A stretch of 64,000 nucleotides of DNA from Paragordius varius (lineage: Eukaryota > Animalia > Nematomorpha). Where the stretch lies: contig OZ176055.1 in NCBI GenBank assembly GCA_964247055.1, forward strand, positions 1,736,001 through 1,800,000, written 5' to 3'. The notes below the pieces were generated by a model. The model searched no databases. It was given only the letters and a program-made list of their open reading frames with translations, and had not been told where the DNA came from. Positions within the stretch are counted from its first letter, which is position 1, and the number at the start of each line of letters is the position of its first letter. Below, in pieces: positions 26,422 through 39,389 of the stretch. The position numbers and the translations under genes were made by a program.

Positions 26422-29374
26422 TTTTACAGAAGAAAATTAACATTGCTAGAGCAGGTTTAGAAAATTAACATGTGAAAACAAACATTTTTTGCACATTTAC
26501 ATCAAAACATTCTATTAAAATGTTAACAAAAAAATTAAAATACATATGATAACTGAAAAGCTATAATTTTAATAATGAATAGGCTGATAAAGGCCATATT
26601 TGCTCAAAATATGTGAGAGCACTAAAATTTGTAAATAACAATCTTTAAACAGGAAGAGTAATACGAACGAATATTTTTATCAAAGTTTTGAGGAAATTAT
26701 ATATATTCCTTATTTATATAGAAAAAATGTTTTTCCATGCCTCTAAATAGTAAACTCGAAGTATGTCTTTAAAAAAATATCTATTTTTTTGAAATTTTTT
26801 GCTATCAAAATTTAGCTTATGTTTAAATTTTTATCGCGCAATAGTGTATTATTAAGTTTAATAAAATAGTTATTTAATAAGATCAAAAAATTTGAAAATA
26901 TTGAAGTCTAAAAATGGTTAAAATATTTTAAATATATTGTTTTTTTTATATGTAAATTTATTTTACCAAAAAAGATTACAAAATATGCGCAGCCTTTTTC
27001 TAATATTAATCAGTTGCCACAAAAGTTTAACTAACTTTCTTAAAATACTCATAGCAAAACCGCATCACCATAATTTGATACGCTTTCCATCAAAATAAAA
27101 ATCCTTATCAGAAAATTTTTATCAGGAAACTGTGATTATTCATGTTTAATATCTCTTTTATCTTTTTTATGTGCAGGATAATCTCCTGTTTGATCCGCCC
27201 TATTATTAATGCGAATGACTTTTCCCACACGATTATATGGATTTTGATTTTGTAAGTCCTATGCATTCATCATGATTCTGCCATACTGATATACTTCTGG
27301 CAAAAGATTATTAACAAGTATTTCGATTGTATTAACACTTGCAACACATTCATTTCAGTCCTTCAATTGGAATTGGGGTAGTTGGATCTTGTTTAAAATA
27401 AAATACTTTAAAAGATATGGAAGTTACAACCGGCAAAAGTTTGACTTATATAACATTGATCAAAATATAAAATTAATTCATTAAAAATACTTGATACTTC
27501 TAGGAAAAAAACGCAAAAAAAATTTAGTCAACATAACATGTTTGAAATTTAAAAAAAATGGAATATATACCATTATTTTCGTTTTTATTAATGTTAAGTG
27601 TGCTTTTAATAACAAAGTAAACTTAATTTTAGACTTACAATCAAATAAACACTATATTTTGCAAAAATCTTGTAAAAAGAGCCGAAAGAGTTTGATACGG
27701 TACATATTACGATACTACTTAATTATATTGGGATATTTGGCTTTTTTATATAAATTTTATTAGATTAGAAGAATAAATTTAAATTAGAACCGTTTCTTTC
27801 AATAGTTTATTTAAAATAAAATTTTATATCAATGTGTGGAGTTGAATACCCCAGTTTAAATCAAAGTGTCAAAGCAATGTCGAAATAACCAAATTTGGAG
27901 GCCAATCATACTTATAGCCTTTACAAATATGGCTTACATTAAGTGGTAACCGTTGACCTTTTTTTGAAACGTTACCAGTTAACCCATTCTGTTGAAATTT
28001 TATGGTTTCTTGTTTTGATTTAGAGTATTTGGACATATTTAGTTGGTGAGATTAGTATCAAAAAAGAATTAATAGCTTTAAACGGCTTTTGGGATTCATA
28101 AACTCACGCCTGGAAACACTATTGCATCATAATAACAGCCTCTGTATATATTAACATTTATATGTATCTGATGACCCATCTATTTCGTCGTTCTTAGTTA
28201 AGAATATCTCACAATATTTCGTAAAAATGTATTTTAAAGATATGCACCTTAGAACAATTTAAAAATTTAATTGCGTTAACACTTTGCCTCAAGGGTATTT
28301 AAGTACCCCGACAATATTTAAGTTGATATTTTTAAAAACATTGAAAGAACGGTCCCCGTTTAAATTTATGCTATACTAATGATAACTATAAATAAGCTAT
28401 CAAAATCAAATTTAGCCTTGAAAATAAAGTTTCATATCAAACTTGAACGCCATTATCATTTTACAACTTTTTTGCAAAATATCGTGTGTCTCTAATTCTA
28501 AAGGTAAACTTAAAACTTAATTTTTTAATTGATTACATCTAACATTATATATACAGAAATGTGCTTAATTTTGTTTTTTTTTTTTAATTTCGCTAAGGCA
28601 CACATGTCATGTTAACTAAATTTTTACCTTAATTTACTTCAAAATAAGTAATATCAAGTATTATAAAATAATTTTATATATTTCAATTTATTGATGTTAT
28701 AAAGGTGCATTTTTTTGCCATGGTTAATTCATTCCATATTTTTTGAATTATTTAGCTTATAGGCCTGGACTTAATTTCAACTGAGGGACTGAAATGAATG
28801 TGTTGTATCCAAGTGTTAAAAAGATGACAACTTTGATCAATAATTTCAACCATATTATAGGTGTAAAAATTACCCTAGACTTTTAAACATTTGCATGGAA
28901 TTAAATTTAAGCCGTATACAAAAATAAAATTCAATTGTGTAATAAATAACTATAAGTTGTTTTTATTCATCGAAATTCGTTTTCTAGTCAAATCCTGATT
29001 TGGGCTCAGAGTTGGAAAAAATCGTGCTTAATCTTTTATTATACACTAACAGGAATGATACGTTATACCCTCTTATTATTATCAAGAGAAACCAAGAAGT
29101 GGCTCCCTAATTCAAAAATTAATTTAACATATTTATTCAGTGGTGTTTTTTGCAATAAAAATTTTCAAATATGTAATATATCTGTAAACTTATGAAACTT
29201 TTGCATTGTTTTAAAAATCAAACAAATTTGCATTCATGTGAAAATATAAGTTATATGTGTCATCATACTAAAACGAAAAAGTTTTAAGATAATCCTAATT
29301 AAGCCAATAAATTAATCGGCTTTATAATTTGATATGCATATATATATACATATATGAATTTAAAACGGTCTTTT

Positions 29375-29484
29375 TCAATATCCTGGTGGCGGAAGGCATT
29401 TGCATATAGGACAACCATTCTCATCTAGCACATTTCCATACAAACAAAGCATTTCACATATGGGTGGACAGTTTCTGCCACATA
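29375..29484 (-). CDS. Antistasin-domain terminal exon, copy 2 ([35 protein letters not shown])
   Basis: TGCTAG acceptor, phase 1, 110 nt to TGA; Cys spacing C-x3-C-x3-C-x2-G-x3-D-x2-G-C-x2-C-x-C is typical of antistasin (I15) repeats. Upstream exons not securely found. Confidence 0.8.
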
Positions 29485-29535
29485 CTAGCAAAAAATATAG
29501 TGTTTAAAATGTTTCTTTTTCCTTTTTTTATTAAA

Positions 29536-29614
29536 GGATGCGAAGTTTCGGGATCGAACTCTAACGCTTCATATACACAGTAAGAGTTCGGCGCTTTACC
29601 TACGGTATACTAAC
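29536..29614 (-). mobile_element. Degenerate tRNA-derived sequence (SINE head or tRNA pseudogene)
   Basis: A-box-like TAGTATACCGTAGGTAAAGCG and B-box-like GAGTTCGATCCC at tRNA-like spacing; the stems do not pair well. Confidence 0.35.
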
Positions 29615-30645
29615 AAAATCGAATGTAAAAGTATTAATTGGCTTTTTTCATACGATAATGTGATATTTATATCACATTAAAGTATTATTATAAAAATGAA
29701 TGTGGGTCGTAAAGTAGATGTAGTATTTACATGCTACGAATATACAAAAGATAATCGGAATTACTATATAAAAATGTTACATGTATTTTTAAGCGATATT
29801 TTTTATTAATCTGAAATCTTAATTTTTTTTTGATAAATTTTGTCATTAACAAATTATTGGTTAGGCTGAAAATTATCCATAACCATTGATATTACTGTTG
29901 CTATTAATCCTAATTTTTTTCATAAATTATCTCAATTGACAATTTCCGAAATAGTATTTCGCATTTCAACTTTTAACTAAAATTGAATAAGCTGTCGAAT
30001 CCTTTAGCTCAAATTTTTGATCCTTGTCGCATGACGAAATGTATTTAATGATTGACGCAATTTATTTTGATTTTAAATAAATTTAAGGTGCAATGAGTGT
30101 CAATAATAATAAAATATATTTGGAGTTGTTTAAACAAAAATTCTGCAAAAAATGATATCCTATTTTTTTACATAACATTTAAGTTCCAATTTCCATTGTT
30201 TTTTAAATCGAAGGTATTAACTCATGTCCATTTTTGTAAATTAACAGGGATTAAGTATTTTGATAAATTACATAAATAAATCATATACCCTTTGTTAATG
30301 TTTTCAATCCCTTAATACTAAACTGATATTTCAAATGAAACAGAAGAGCGGATAACAATTCGTTTTGGTAATAAATGGAAACGTACCAAAACGTTTTTGG
30401 AAAACATTTTCTTATGGAAACTGATGTTGACGTAAAACCAAAACAGAATCGGTCCTATGGACATATACTTTGATAAGCATTTTTTTGAGTATAAGATTTT
30501 ATAAGATTTTTTAACAATCCACTCTAAGTTATTATTGGGAGAAGGCGACGGATTTTCAATTATTTGCACCATTTTAATTTATTATACAAATTATATTTAT
30601 ATCATTATATCATATCTTTGTTTTTCTAGAAAAACAAATTTAAAA

Positions 30646-30755
30646 TTATTTTTCGGGTGGTGGAAGGCATTTACATATAGGGCAACCATTCTTATCAAGC
30701 ACATTTCCATGCAAACAAAATATTTTACACACTGCTGGACAATTTCCACCATAAA
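30646..30755 (-). CDS. Antistasin-domain terminal exon, copy 1 ([35 protein letters not shown])
   Basis: TTTATAG acceptor, phase 1, 110 nt to TAA; same length and Cys frame as copy 2, with 24/35 identical residues. Confidence 0.8.
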
Positions 30756-33154
30756 CTATAAATTTATAAATGCGCACTTAAAAACGATTTTACCATAAGG
30801 ATTTTTATAAAAGAATGAAAATTAGTTGCCTAGATATACTAAGCTTAGAGTTAAAAAAATATATAATTATTTCAATGATAATTTCAAATGTCGATTTTTT
30901 CAATATCAAAAAGTCAAATATAGCACTGTGCACATGGCGGGAAATACCATGATTTTCTGATATATAAATGTATTAAGATATATATATCGCCTTTTTGACC
31001 CTTACGAGGGTTATAAGAAAAAATAGCCATTTTTTGTGGTAATTGCTCCACATGAAAAAATCGCAAAATTTGCGCTCAGCTAAATAATTATTTTGTATAA
31101 GCTAAATGCTTCAATCCAAAAATTATCCCTAAATACTTTAAACTAATATAAATAGCAAAAAAACAATTTATATAACTTTTTATATTTTAGGACTGCAGTC
31201 TTTTGGACCCGCCTAAAATGGACAAGTTGTTTTAGAAACGCAAAAATGCTGATACAGCGCGATAAAATTGTTATTTTTATCTAAATTTTGAGAGGAAAAA
31301 AAATTATTTCCGAAGTTATTTCCGTAATAATGCATATTTTGATTAAAAAAATTTTGTTTTTACCAAAATTTTGATGAAGAGAGTGTTATGGTATTTTGAA
31401 GCATGGAGGAAACGGTATAAAAACCAGGCCTTGGAACCGAAACCCTATTCCTAATATTTTAACAAGAACCGGTTCCATTGGGATGGAATCAACGCGGTTC
31501 TAATTCCACTTCCCCTACCCCGGTACCGATCCGAAATTTCAGGAAACACCACGGTTCTATCTCAAAAAAATTCCGGTACCACCCCCTTAATTAGTGGTTC
31601 TCATATGATTTTTATTATTAAAAATTTTAATTTATTATTTAAATTTGTTTGTACCACTACATATTACATACTTATACTTCCAAACTTAAACTAAGCGCCT
31701 AATTTTATATGAGCGATAGTCTCTAAATTTTGGGCGATTTGGCTGTTCTAAAAAACTAATTATCATAGTATGTATTACAAAGGACGGGATACTTTTTTTG
31801 TTCGACACAACATCCTAACTCGCTAGAAATTTTTCAATTTTACAAAGGAATCTAAAGATTGATGACCAACAAAAACTATTTTAAAAACATATATTTGATA
31901 TTGCCACCAATTTATAGCACCCGAACTTGTTAAACAAAAATTAAAGAAACTCAGAACTCCAATCTAGTCAAACATTTATGTACTCCTGGTTCAATCTTTC
32001 AGAAATTTTCTTCTGATTTTATGTATTTAATTAATAAAATTTGGATCAAGTACTAGTTCAACAAAAATTAGAATACCAAAATTCTTCACAAAATGATACT
32101 TTTTTCTACTCAATAGAGATGTTGAATGACGCTTTAATAGAGCTTGTTACGACAAACATACTTATAATTCATTTATCCAAGGAGGAAGTAAACTGATCTT
32201 AGTACTAATGGTTTAAGAGAAAAATTAAATACGGTACTCAAAGATTTTGATATTTCTCTGGTACAGATGTACACGTTACTAGTGATAACACTAAATGGTA
32301 GTGCTTTTATGGAGCAGAATATTTTGGATTATGAAAACGATTTTGTAGAATATGAGTAAGAGAAGTTAGTATAAATCCGTTTTTAAAGAGCCAAACGAAG
32401 TGCTTTCACCAAATTAATTCGAGAATAGCTGTTTTATTCTCCTTTAAATATTAAATAAGTGGTGAAAAAATAATATGTTGCGCATATAAAATAAACTAGA
32501 TATTTCACGTTAAGAGTGAGGCTCACACTTTGCAATTAGCGGTACAGGATTTTATAAAATAACAGGATATTCTATATCAGATGCGCAAGATTGCAAAAGC
32601 GATATTGGCTGTGCTTACTAGATAGAATACCACCTTTATGATGAAAAGATTGATTATGGTATGATAAATTATATATTTTAGTAAAAATTTTTTTTAAATG
32701 TTTCTTTCTCCCACGGGCACATATAAAATAATGTCAATATTTGAAATAAAATAGAAATATCCTATCTTTATAATTTGCTGTGCTGAACATTTATATCATT
32801 AACCTCAGATTTTTGATCAAGAATTTGTTTGTCTTCACAGATTTATTATATTTTTCAATCTATATTTGCATATAAGTAATTTCTAATAATATGCCATCTA
32901 ATTCATGATAAATTTAACCACTCATGCCTAATATAATTGTTTTTTAATACATACGATCATAATGATGACATATTTTTAAATCCAAATTTCGAGGTGATAG
33001 ATATGTTTAGTTTCATCGAATTTAAATAGTTTTTTATAATACCTAGCGTTTTTATACTGTCAGAAAGCCCAAACACCTTAAAACTCGCCTCTTTGTAATA
33101 GATTAAATTTTTAAACAAAACATTGAATTTTCCAAAAAAATCTTGTTTTGTGTC

Positions 33155-33356
33155 TGTTAAAGATCCTACTTTCGTGGACACAAACGCACCTTTATAATCG
33201 TAAACACTTATAACTCTTTGTGATACATAATTAATGTTAATTGTAGTTTCAAGAAAAATAGTTATATAATTCTTATATTCTGAGATCACACACACATGTT
33301 TGATTTTGGTATTATTTTATAAATGTTTTCTTTGTAATATAACTCTACTTCTATTA
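33155..33356 (+). repeat. 5' LTR
   Basis: Direct repeat of 35498-35693; starts TGTTAA. Confidence 0.88.
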
Positions 33357-34339
33357 TTGACGAAGCTTTCATTCAGCGAATGCTAGCTGCAAAAAACATG
33401 ACGGCAAATGACAACAATTGCAAGACGTTATTTTTCGCTTACGCAGGAATGTTCACATAGAAATTCGAACGATTCCTTTTCCTAAATTCACTTAATAATA
33501 CCTCCTGGCCGGACATCATTGAAGCCGGCAGGAAAATTTACGATATTGGACAATTATATTTCAGGCAAGATTTAATTTTGTAAAACTTCGTCGGAAAGAA
33601 TATGAAACATTTACGGAATTCCTTTTACGAGTCAAAACCGAAGCCACAAAATGCAACTTCAAGCTTGACGTCGATGAAAAAATGAGGCCTGGGAGCGGAA
33701 AAATTAGAATTAGATCTGTTTACTAGATTCCCCGTCACCGTGTGAGAAAACGAAACCGTAACCCTAAAACAAGTGATAGACATTGCTCTCAACTATGAAA
33801 AAGCACATCAACTAACAACAATAGATGGCCAGATGTTGCAGACTACAGCTCGATACCAAAACAAGTGTCGATTCTGTGGGTTATGTCATGCACCCGGCAG
33901 ATGCCCAGCTTGGGGCAAGCAATGTTGTAAGTGCCAAGGCTGGAATCACTTCCAACCGTGCTGTAAGAAGAAAAGGATTAGCAACGTTCAGCATGTCGAA
34001 TCCGGAGCCACCCCCAAGATAGCAATAATAATAAATGGCAAACCAATACACATGATTATAGACACAGGTTCAAGCGTATCTATAATTGATTGTCAAGCGT
34101 GGGAAAAAATCGGAGAGCCCGAGTTGCAACAAACAGGCCCAGATTTGTAAAGCTATGGTGGACAGAATCAATTCCAAGGGTAGGCGTATGGTTAGGGTCC
34201 AATGCGATGGTGAAACAAAATCATTGGCGTGTATGGTTGTAAGCGACAAGAAGGCCCCAGTAATTTTTGGTTAGGATTGGCTACAAGAATTCCCGAATGC
34301 CATAAAACCGTTTATAAATTGTTGTAAATATTTTAATAA

Positions 34340-34888
34340 TAATATATTTGTGGAAAAGTTGAGCGGGACATGTATTTGTAGCACTGTGTATGTGCACTGT
34401 GTATGTTAGTGCGGTATCCCCAAAGCGTGTTATTTATTTTTGATTGTGGGTCATCCTCTTCTATTGACCGATAATATGTTTTGAGGGTATATATCACTCG
34501 TTCCACCATTCCGTTCGTTTTTGGATGATAGGGAACTGATGTTACATGTTTAATGTTTCCCGTTTCCATGAATTTTTCAAGCTCTTCAGATGTAAAGTAA
34601 GACGCGTTGTCGGTTACTATCATTCTTGGAGATCCATATCGACTGAAACATTCGTCTAGGAAATTTAAGATACTTTTGGTCGCTATCATTTTCGATAGTT
34701 TAACTTCGACCCATCGAGACTGTCAATAAGAACAATCCAATAATATTTGTCTATCGGGTCTGCTATATCTAGATGTAATCTCTACCATATTGCTGTATTA
34801 GTATTCCAATTGTATGTGGGATTCAGTTTTCGCATTGGACGGTTTTCTTGACATTTTTTACACGTATCTACCCATATTTTTTTGTCGC
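34340..34888 (-). pseudogene. Inverted integrase fragment of the gypsy element
   Basis: Minus strand reads TCKKCQ, W*RLHLDIADP, IVLIDS, IVTDNASYFTSEE and YHPKTNGMVER (DDE core), with stops and frameshifts. Confidence 0.85.
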
Positions 34889-35497
34889 TTTCAACGAGTG
34901 ATATATACCCTCAAAGCACATTATCGGTCAGCAGAAGACGATGACCCACAATCAAAAGTAAAAACACGCTTTACGCAGTGCTACAAATACATGTCCAGCT
35001 CAACTTTTCCTAAAACGTACCCTACCCAATCCAATTACATGGCTAAAATATAAACAAACGGACTTCTCAGACGATGTACAACCGAATCACGAATACCATG
35101 AAAACGAAATAATTTATATAAAAAATGAACTAGCGAATGGTTGGCGAGAAGGAATTGTAAATAAACGACTCGGATTATTCTCATATAAAATACGAGATGA
35201 CAAAATCATCCGAAAACACGCCGATCAACTGAGACCAAGGGGAGGAGGTGAAAGAATAATGGGAAAAACACTTTCACCTGAAGAAACTTTACCATCGCAT
35301 GACCTGTATGTTAGATACCCTACTGCCACGACTGAAGCCCCGACATTACCTCAGCCCCAACCCTCGGAACCCATCATTGAGTTGCCATCCCAACAAACAC
35401 CCACTATAGCACCTACCACTCACCTTCACATAGAACGGCGATACCCTACACGAATTCGACAACCACCACATAGATATCAAGGACAGGGGAAAATTGA

Positions 35498-35693
35498 TGT
35501 TAAGTTAGATCCTACTTTCGTGGACACAAACGCACCTATATAATTGTAAACATTTATAACTCTTTGCTATACATAGTTAATGTTAATTTAGCTTCAAGAA
35601 AAATAGTTAGTATATAATTCTTATATTGTGAGATCACACACACATGTTTAATTTCGGTATTTAATAAATATTAATATAACTCTACTTCTACTA
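35498..35693 (+). repeat. 3' LTR
   Basis: Follows the PPT and precedes the TSD GTGTC. Confidence 0.88.
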
Positions 35694-36685
35694 GTGTCAA
35701 AATAGAGTATAAATTTAATATTTTTATCGTGCAATATCAAAATTATTACGTTTATTTTAAGAACTGTCCATTTTTAACGGGTCTAAAAATTTGAGATTTT
35801 CGAAGCCCAATTTATTTTTAAAATTTTGTTTTGCATTTTATATAGTATATTTTGGTCATATTTTTGGATTAAATCATTTATCTTTTACCAATAAAATTTA
35901 TTTTTGCAAAATGTCTGCAAATTTGGCCATTATCTGGTATAGAGCGGTTACCACTAAACTGGTAACGTCCTTAAATCACTCATAAGGCCCAAAACTAAAT
36001 TCACTATAATTCTGACCTATCTACCTTATAGGATAGGTAAAAATTGAAATTATCTGGACAAAAAGTAAAAAATTTTTTTTTCAAAATAAATTTTTTAATG
36101 GTAAAATACCTAATTAATTGTACTACCAATAAACATCCCTATTTCATACTTTGCAATTTTTATCAATAATTTAATTTAAAAAAATTGAGATAAAAGCATG
36201 GTTGTCTTTTTTAAAAAAATATTTGTCTTTATATTTATACATTTTGTCCGTTTAATTTCAATTTCTACTGTGTATATATTTTATCAGTATAATTTTTATC
36301 CAATATGTATATTTCGAAGTAAAAAATTTAAATGTATTATATATATAAATTTTATTTTTAATACTTAATTCAAAACCATTTAGGTTAATAAATTATTCAG
36401 GTTATATTATTTTTTGCATATATTTGCTAAAGACAATGACCAAATAATTGATTTTACAGTGAAAATAATATATTTTAATAGCATTTGTAAAAATTGATGA
36501 TTTTTAAACATAATTATTTCAAAATTATGTTTTATATAATGCAGTATTAACTGATCAACCCTAACTACAAAATTATTGACCTAAGGGTATAAAATGATTT
36601 ACTTTTTTTAGTTAAAACCTGTCTTAAACGCTCGCTTGTATATACTGCAGTATAAAACAAGCTATTTTTTTAGAATAGAAAGATA

Positions 36686-36951
36686 CAGTTAAAACTGAAA
36701 TTATACCGAAACGTAAAAATATAAAGACAAATACTTTTTCCTAAAAGATAACCTACTTTTTTAATTCTTTCCTTTAAAAATTGTTTAGTTACGATTGCAA
36801 AATATGTAATTGATTGTGTTACCAATATACATTTACTTTGCAGTTTTAAACAATGTAAAAATAAAAAAAATAGGATTTAAAAAATATGGTTGTCTTTTAA
36901 ATATTTGTGATTGAATTTTTAAATTTTGTCCGTATTATTCAATTTTTACTG
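36686..36951. mobile_element. Tc1/mariner-type MITE (TA|CAGT...ACTG|TA); a more degraded sister lies at ~36035-36272
   Basis: ~75-bp imperfect TIRs containing GACAAA..AAAGATAACC / GGTTGTCTTT..ATATTTGT. Confidence 0.65.
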
Positions 36952-37510
36952 TACATATATATTTGATTGACTTTTATTTTATACTCAGATCTAAGGGTAT
37001 CCATAAAAATGAAAATATGATTGGTATATGTTTAAAAGGCTGTTTAAATTGTTTTTTTATATAAAATAGTATTAACTAAATAATTTACCCAACAGAATCG
37101 ACAAACACAATAATATAAAAATTGCAAGTTGAATTTTGATCATAATTAATATTTAAGAAGCAAAAAAAATATTTTTTAATAATAAAATAGAAAAATTAAA
37201 AGTCTCGCTATTTATATATGTCTTCTTTGCAATAAATATTTTGGCAATTCAAGTTAAAACACATATGTAAAAAAAAACTTGGACAGAAAAGATGATATCA
37301 AGAGTATGATTAAACAGCCTATATCCGCATTTAAAATATAATATTTGATTTTGCTTGATATTCGTTCCAGTTTAACGTTTTTATTATAATTAAAAGTACT
37401 AAAAGCGCTTATGGATATTAAGTAAATTATTAAATAATATACATTTAGCGTTTTAAAAAAATAACCGGTGGGGTTGCATTCAAAAGATTAAGACGGTTAC
37501 AGATTATTTA

Positions 37511-38892
37511 CAGTAAAACTGATATTATACGGACAAAATGCAAAAATATAAAGACAAATATTTTTTCACAAAGACAACCTCACTTTTTAAATCATAATTT
37601 ATTTAATACTAGCGTGAATCTCGTGCTGCTACGCAGCCCGAGGAAGTCCTTCGGATGTCTGGGGGGGGGGGGGAGTTCGAATGCTATACATATGATAGAT
37701 ACTCCTTACTCAGCATCTATCATCAAGGAAACGCTTGACTAAAATTTTTGCCTTTTAACAGGCAATACGTGGAATCCATATAGAATTTTTACAGTCTCAT
37801 ACCATGGGCAAAAAAATACAATCAAAAAATTATTTTTGTGGACTTTGTTTTTTTTTTGAAAAAAATGGCATTTTACGGGGGTAGCGGGTAAAAAGAGGGC
37901 CCAAATCAAAAAAGTGAGTCGACTATGTTCAGCGCAATCGAAAATAAGTAAATAAAAATCATATTTGAAATTGAATGGTCCAACACGTTCTCCAAAAAAT
38001 TGACTTAACCCATTTTTCACACGGGGTGGGCCCGAACTGGGGACCTAATTCCAAAAAAGGGCGAAGCTATTGTCGGGGCATTCATTAATGATTAAATTTT
38101 TTCGATGTTTGGATTTGATTGGGCTCACCGGTTTTCCGGAAACAGATCACAAAGTTATATGAAAAATCAGTTTTTAGCGGGTAGCTCCTTACCCAGCAGC
38201 TATCATCAAATAAACGGTAGACTAAAATTTTTGCCTTTTAACAGGGAATACGTGGAATCCATATAGAATTTTTACGGTCTCATACCTAGGGCGAAAAATC
38301 GATTTAAAAAATTATTTTTGTGGACTTTGTTTTTTGAAAAAGGTGGCATTTTACGGGGGGAGCGGGTAAAAAGAGGGCCTAAAAAAAGTGGCTCGGCTAT
38401 GTTCGGCGCAATCGAAAATAAGTAAACAATAATCATATTTGAAATTGAATGGTCCAACACGTTCTCCGGAAAATTGTCTCAAAGACACGATTTTTGTGGA
38501 CTTCTGTTTTTTAAAAAAACCCGTTTTTCATACGGGGTGGGCCCGAACTGGGGGCCTATTTCAAAAAAAGGGCGAAGCTATTGTCGGGACATTTATTAAT
38601 GATTATATTTTTTCGATATTTGGATTTTATTGGGTCTACCGGTTTTCCTATACCAGATCACAAAGCCAGCATTTTCCATTTTTATAAATATATAGATATA
38701 TAGATGACTTATGGTTTTAAATTGCAAAGTATGTATTAATATGTATATCGGTAAAACAATCAATTATATAATTTACAATTGTAACTATAAAGTTTATATG
38801 AGAAAAATTAAGGTTTCAAAAAGTATGGTTGTCTTTTGAAAAAAATATTTGTCTTTATATTTTTATTGCCCGTATAATTCTAATTTTTACTG
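37511..38892. mobile_element. MITE of the same family, split by a nested Helitron
   Basis: TA|CAGTAAAA at 37509-37518 and TTTTACTG|TA at 38885-38894; TIR arms ~37511-37583 and ~38822-38892; removing the Helitron leaves ~294 bp. Confidence 0.7.
37609..38696 (-). mobile_element. Non-autonomous Helitron, copy B, with an internal head-to-tail duplication
   Basis: Minus strand starts TCTATATATTTATAAAAATGG and ends with the hairpin CTCGGGCTGCGTAGCAGCACGAG then CTAG, at an A|T site. Segments ~38165-38660 and ~37690-38153 repeat each other. Confidence 0.85.
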
Positions 38893-39389
38893 TAATTAAA
38901 CTATCTATTTTAACAATTTTTGCTATTTCGCCAAAAAGAGTTATAGAAATATTATTTTTAATTAAATTATTCGTGAATAGATAGCATCATTTTCAATTAT
39001 AAATTTTGTATTTGGTATTTTCGCGGGCTGCAAAAATTATTTTAGAGGGCCGCGTATTGGATACCCCTGCTCTATTTTACATTCATATTTTTTTTATCAA
39101 AAACATTTTTTATAGTCTCTCGACCTATTTGCAAAACTCTGATTTATTTTATATCCTTTATATATATATATATAATATGAATGCAAAAAATAGTTATATT
39201 TAATTAATTAATTAATATTAAATCTGTAATCTAAAAATCGGACAAATTAAACAAAGTTTTTTTGTAAAAAATAAAACTGAATTAATCATTACGCACCTGG
39301 TTGTTTAGGAATATACTATTTATGTCAAGTGTGTCCAAAAAATTTTTAAGTTATTAGCATGTGAACCAATTATTTTAAGCTCAAATTTT

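Larger units (their letters stand above)
33155..35693 (+). mobile_element. Internally deleted and rearranged Ty3/gypsy LTR retrotransposon
   Basis: LTRs at 33155-33356 and 35498-35693; 5-bp TSD GTGTC at 33150-33154 and 35694-35698; PPT GGACAGGGGAAAA before the 3' LTR. Gag Cys knuckles CRFCGLCH..CPAWGKQCCKCQGWNHF, protease IIDTGSSVSII and pol tail RRYPTRIRQPPHRY are present; RT/RNase H are absent; the integrase core is inverted. Confidence 0.93.

Noticed and set aside
27060-28330. Slightly GC-richer stretches upstream of STS with short open frames
   Set aside because: No consistent motif or splice chain; probably decayed transposon sequence.
32957-33295. 112-aa minus-strand ORF
   Set aside because: Runs antisense through the 5' LTR and flank; no coding signature.
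37689-38696. Recurring similar peptides in the ORF track suggesting a small gene family or a repeat-spacer array
   Set aside because: They are translations of the non-coding Helitron repeat; no short direct repeats with unique spacers, so no CRISPR.
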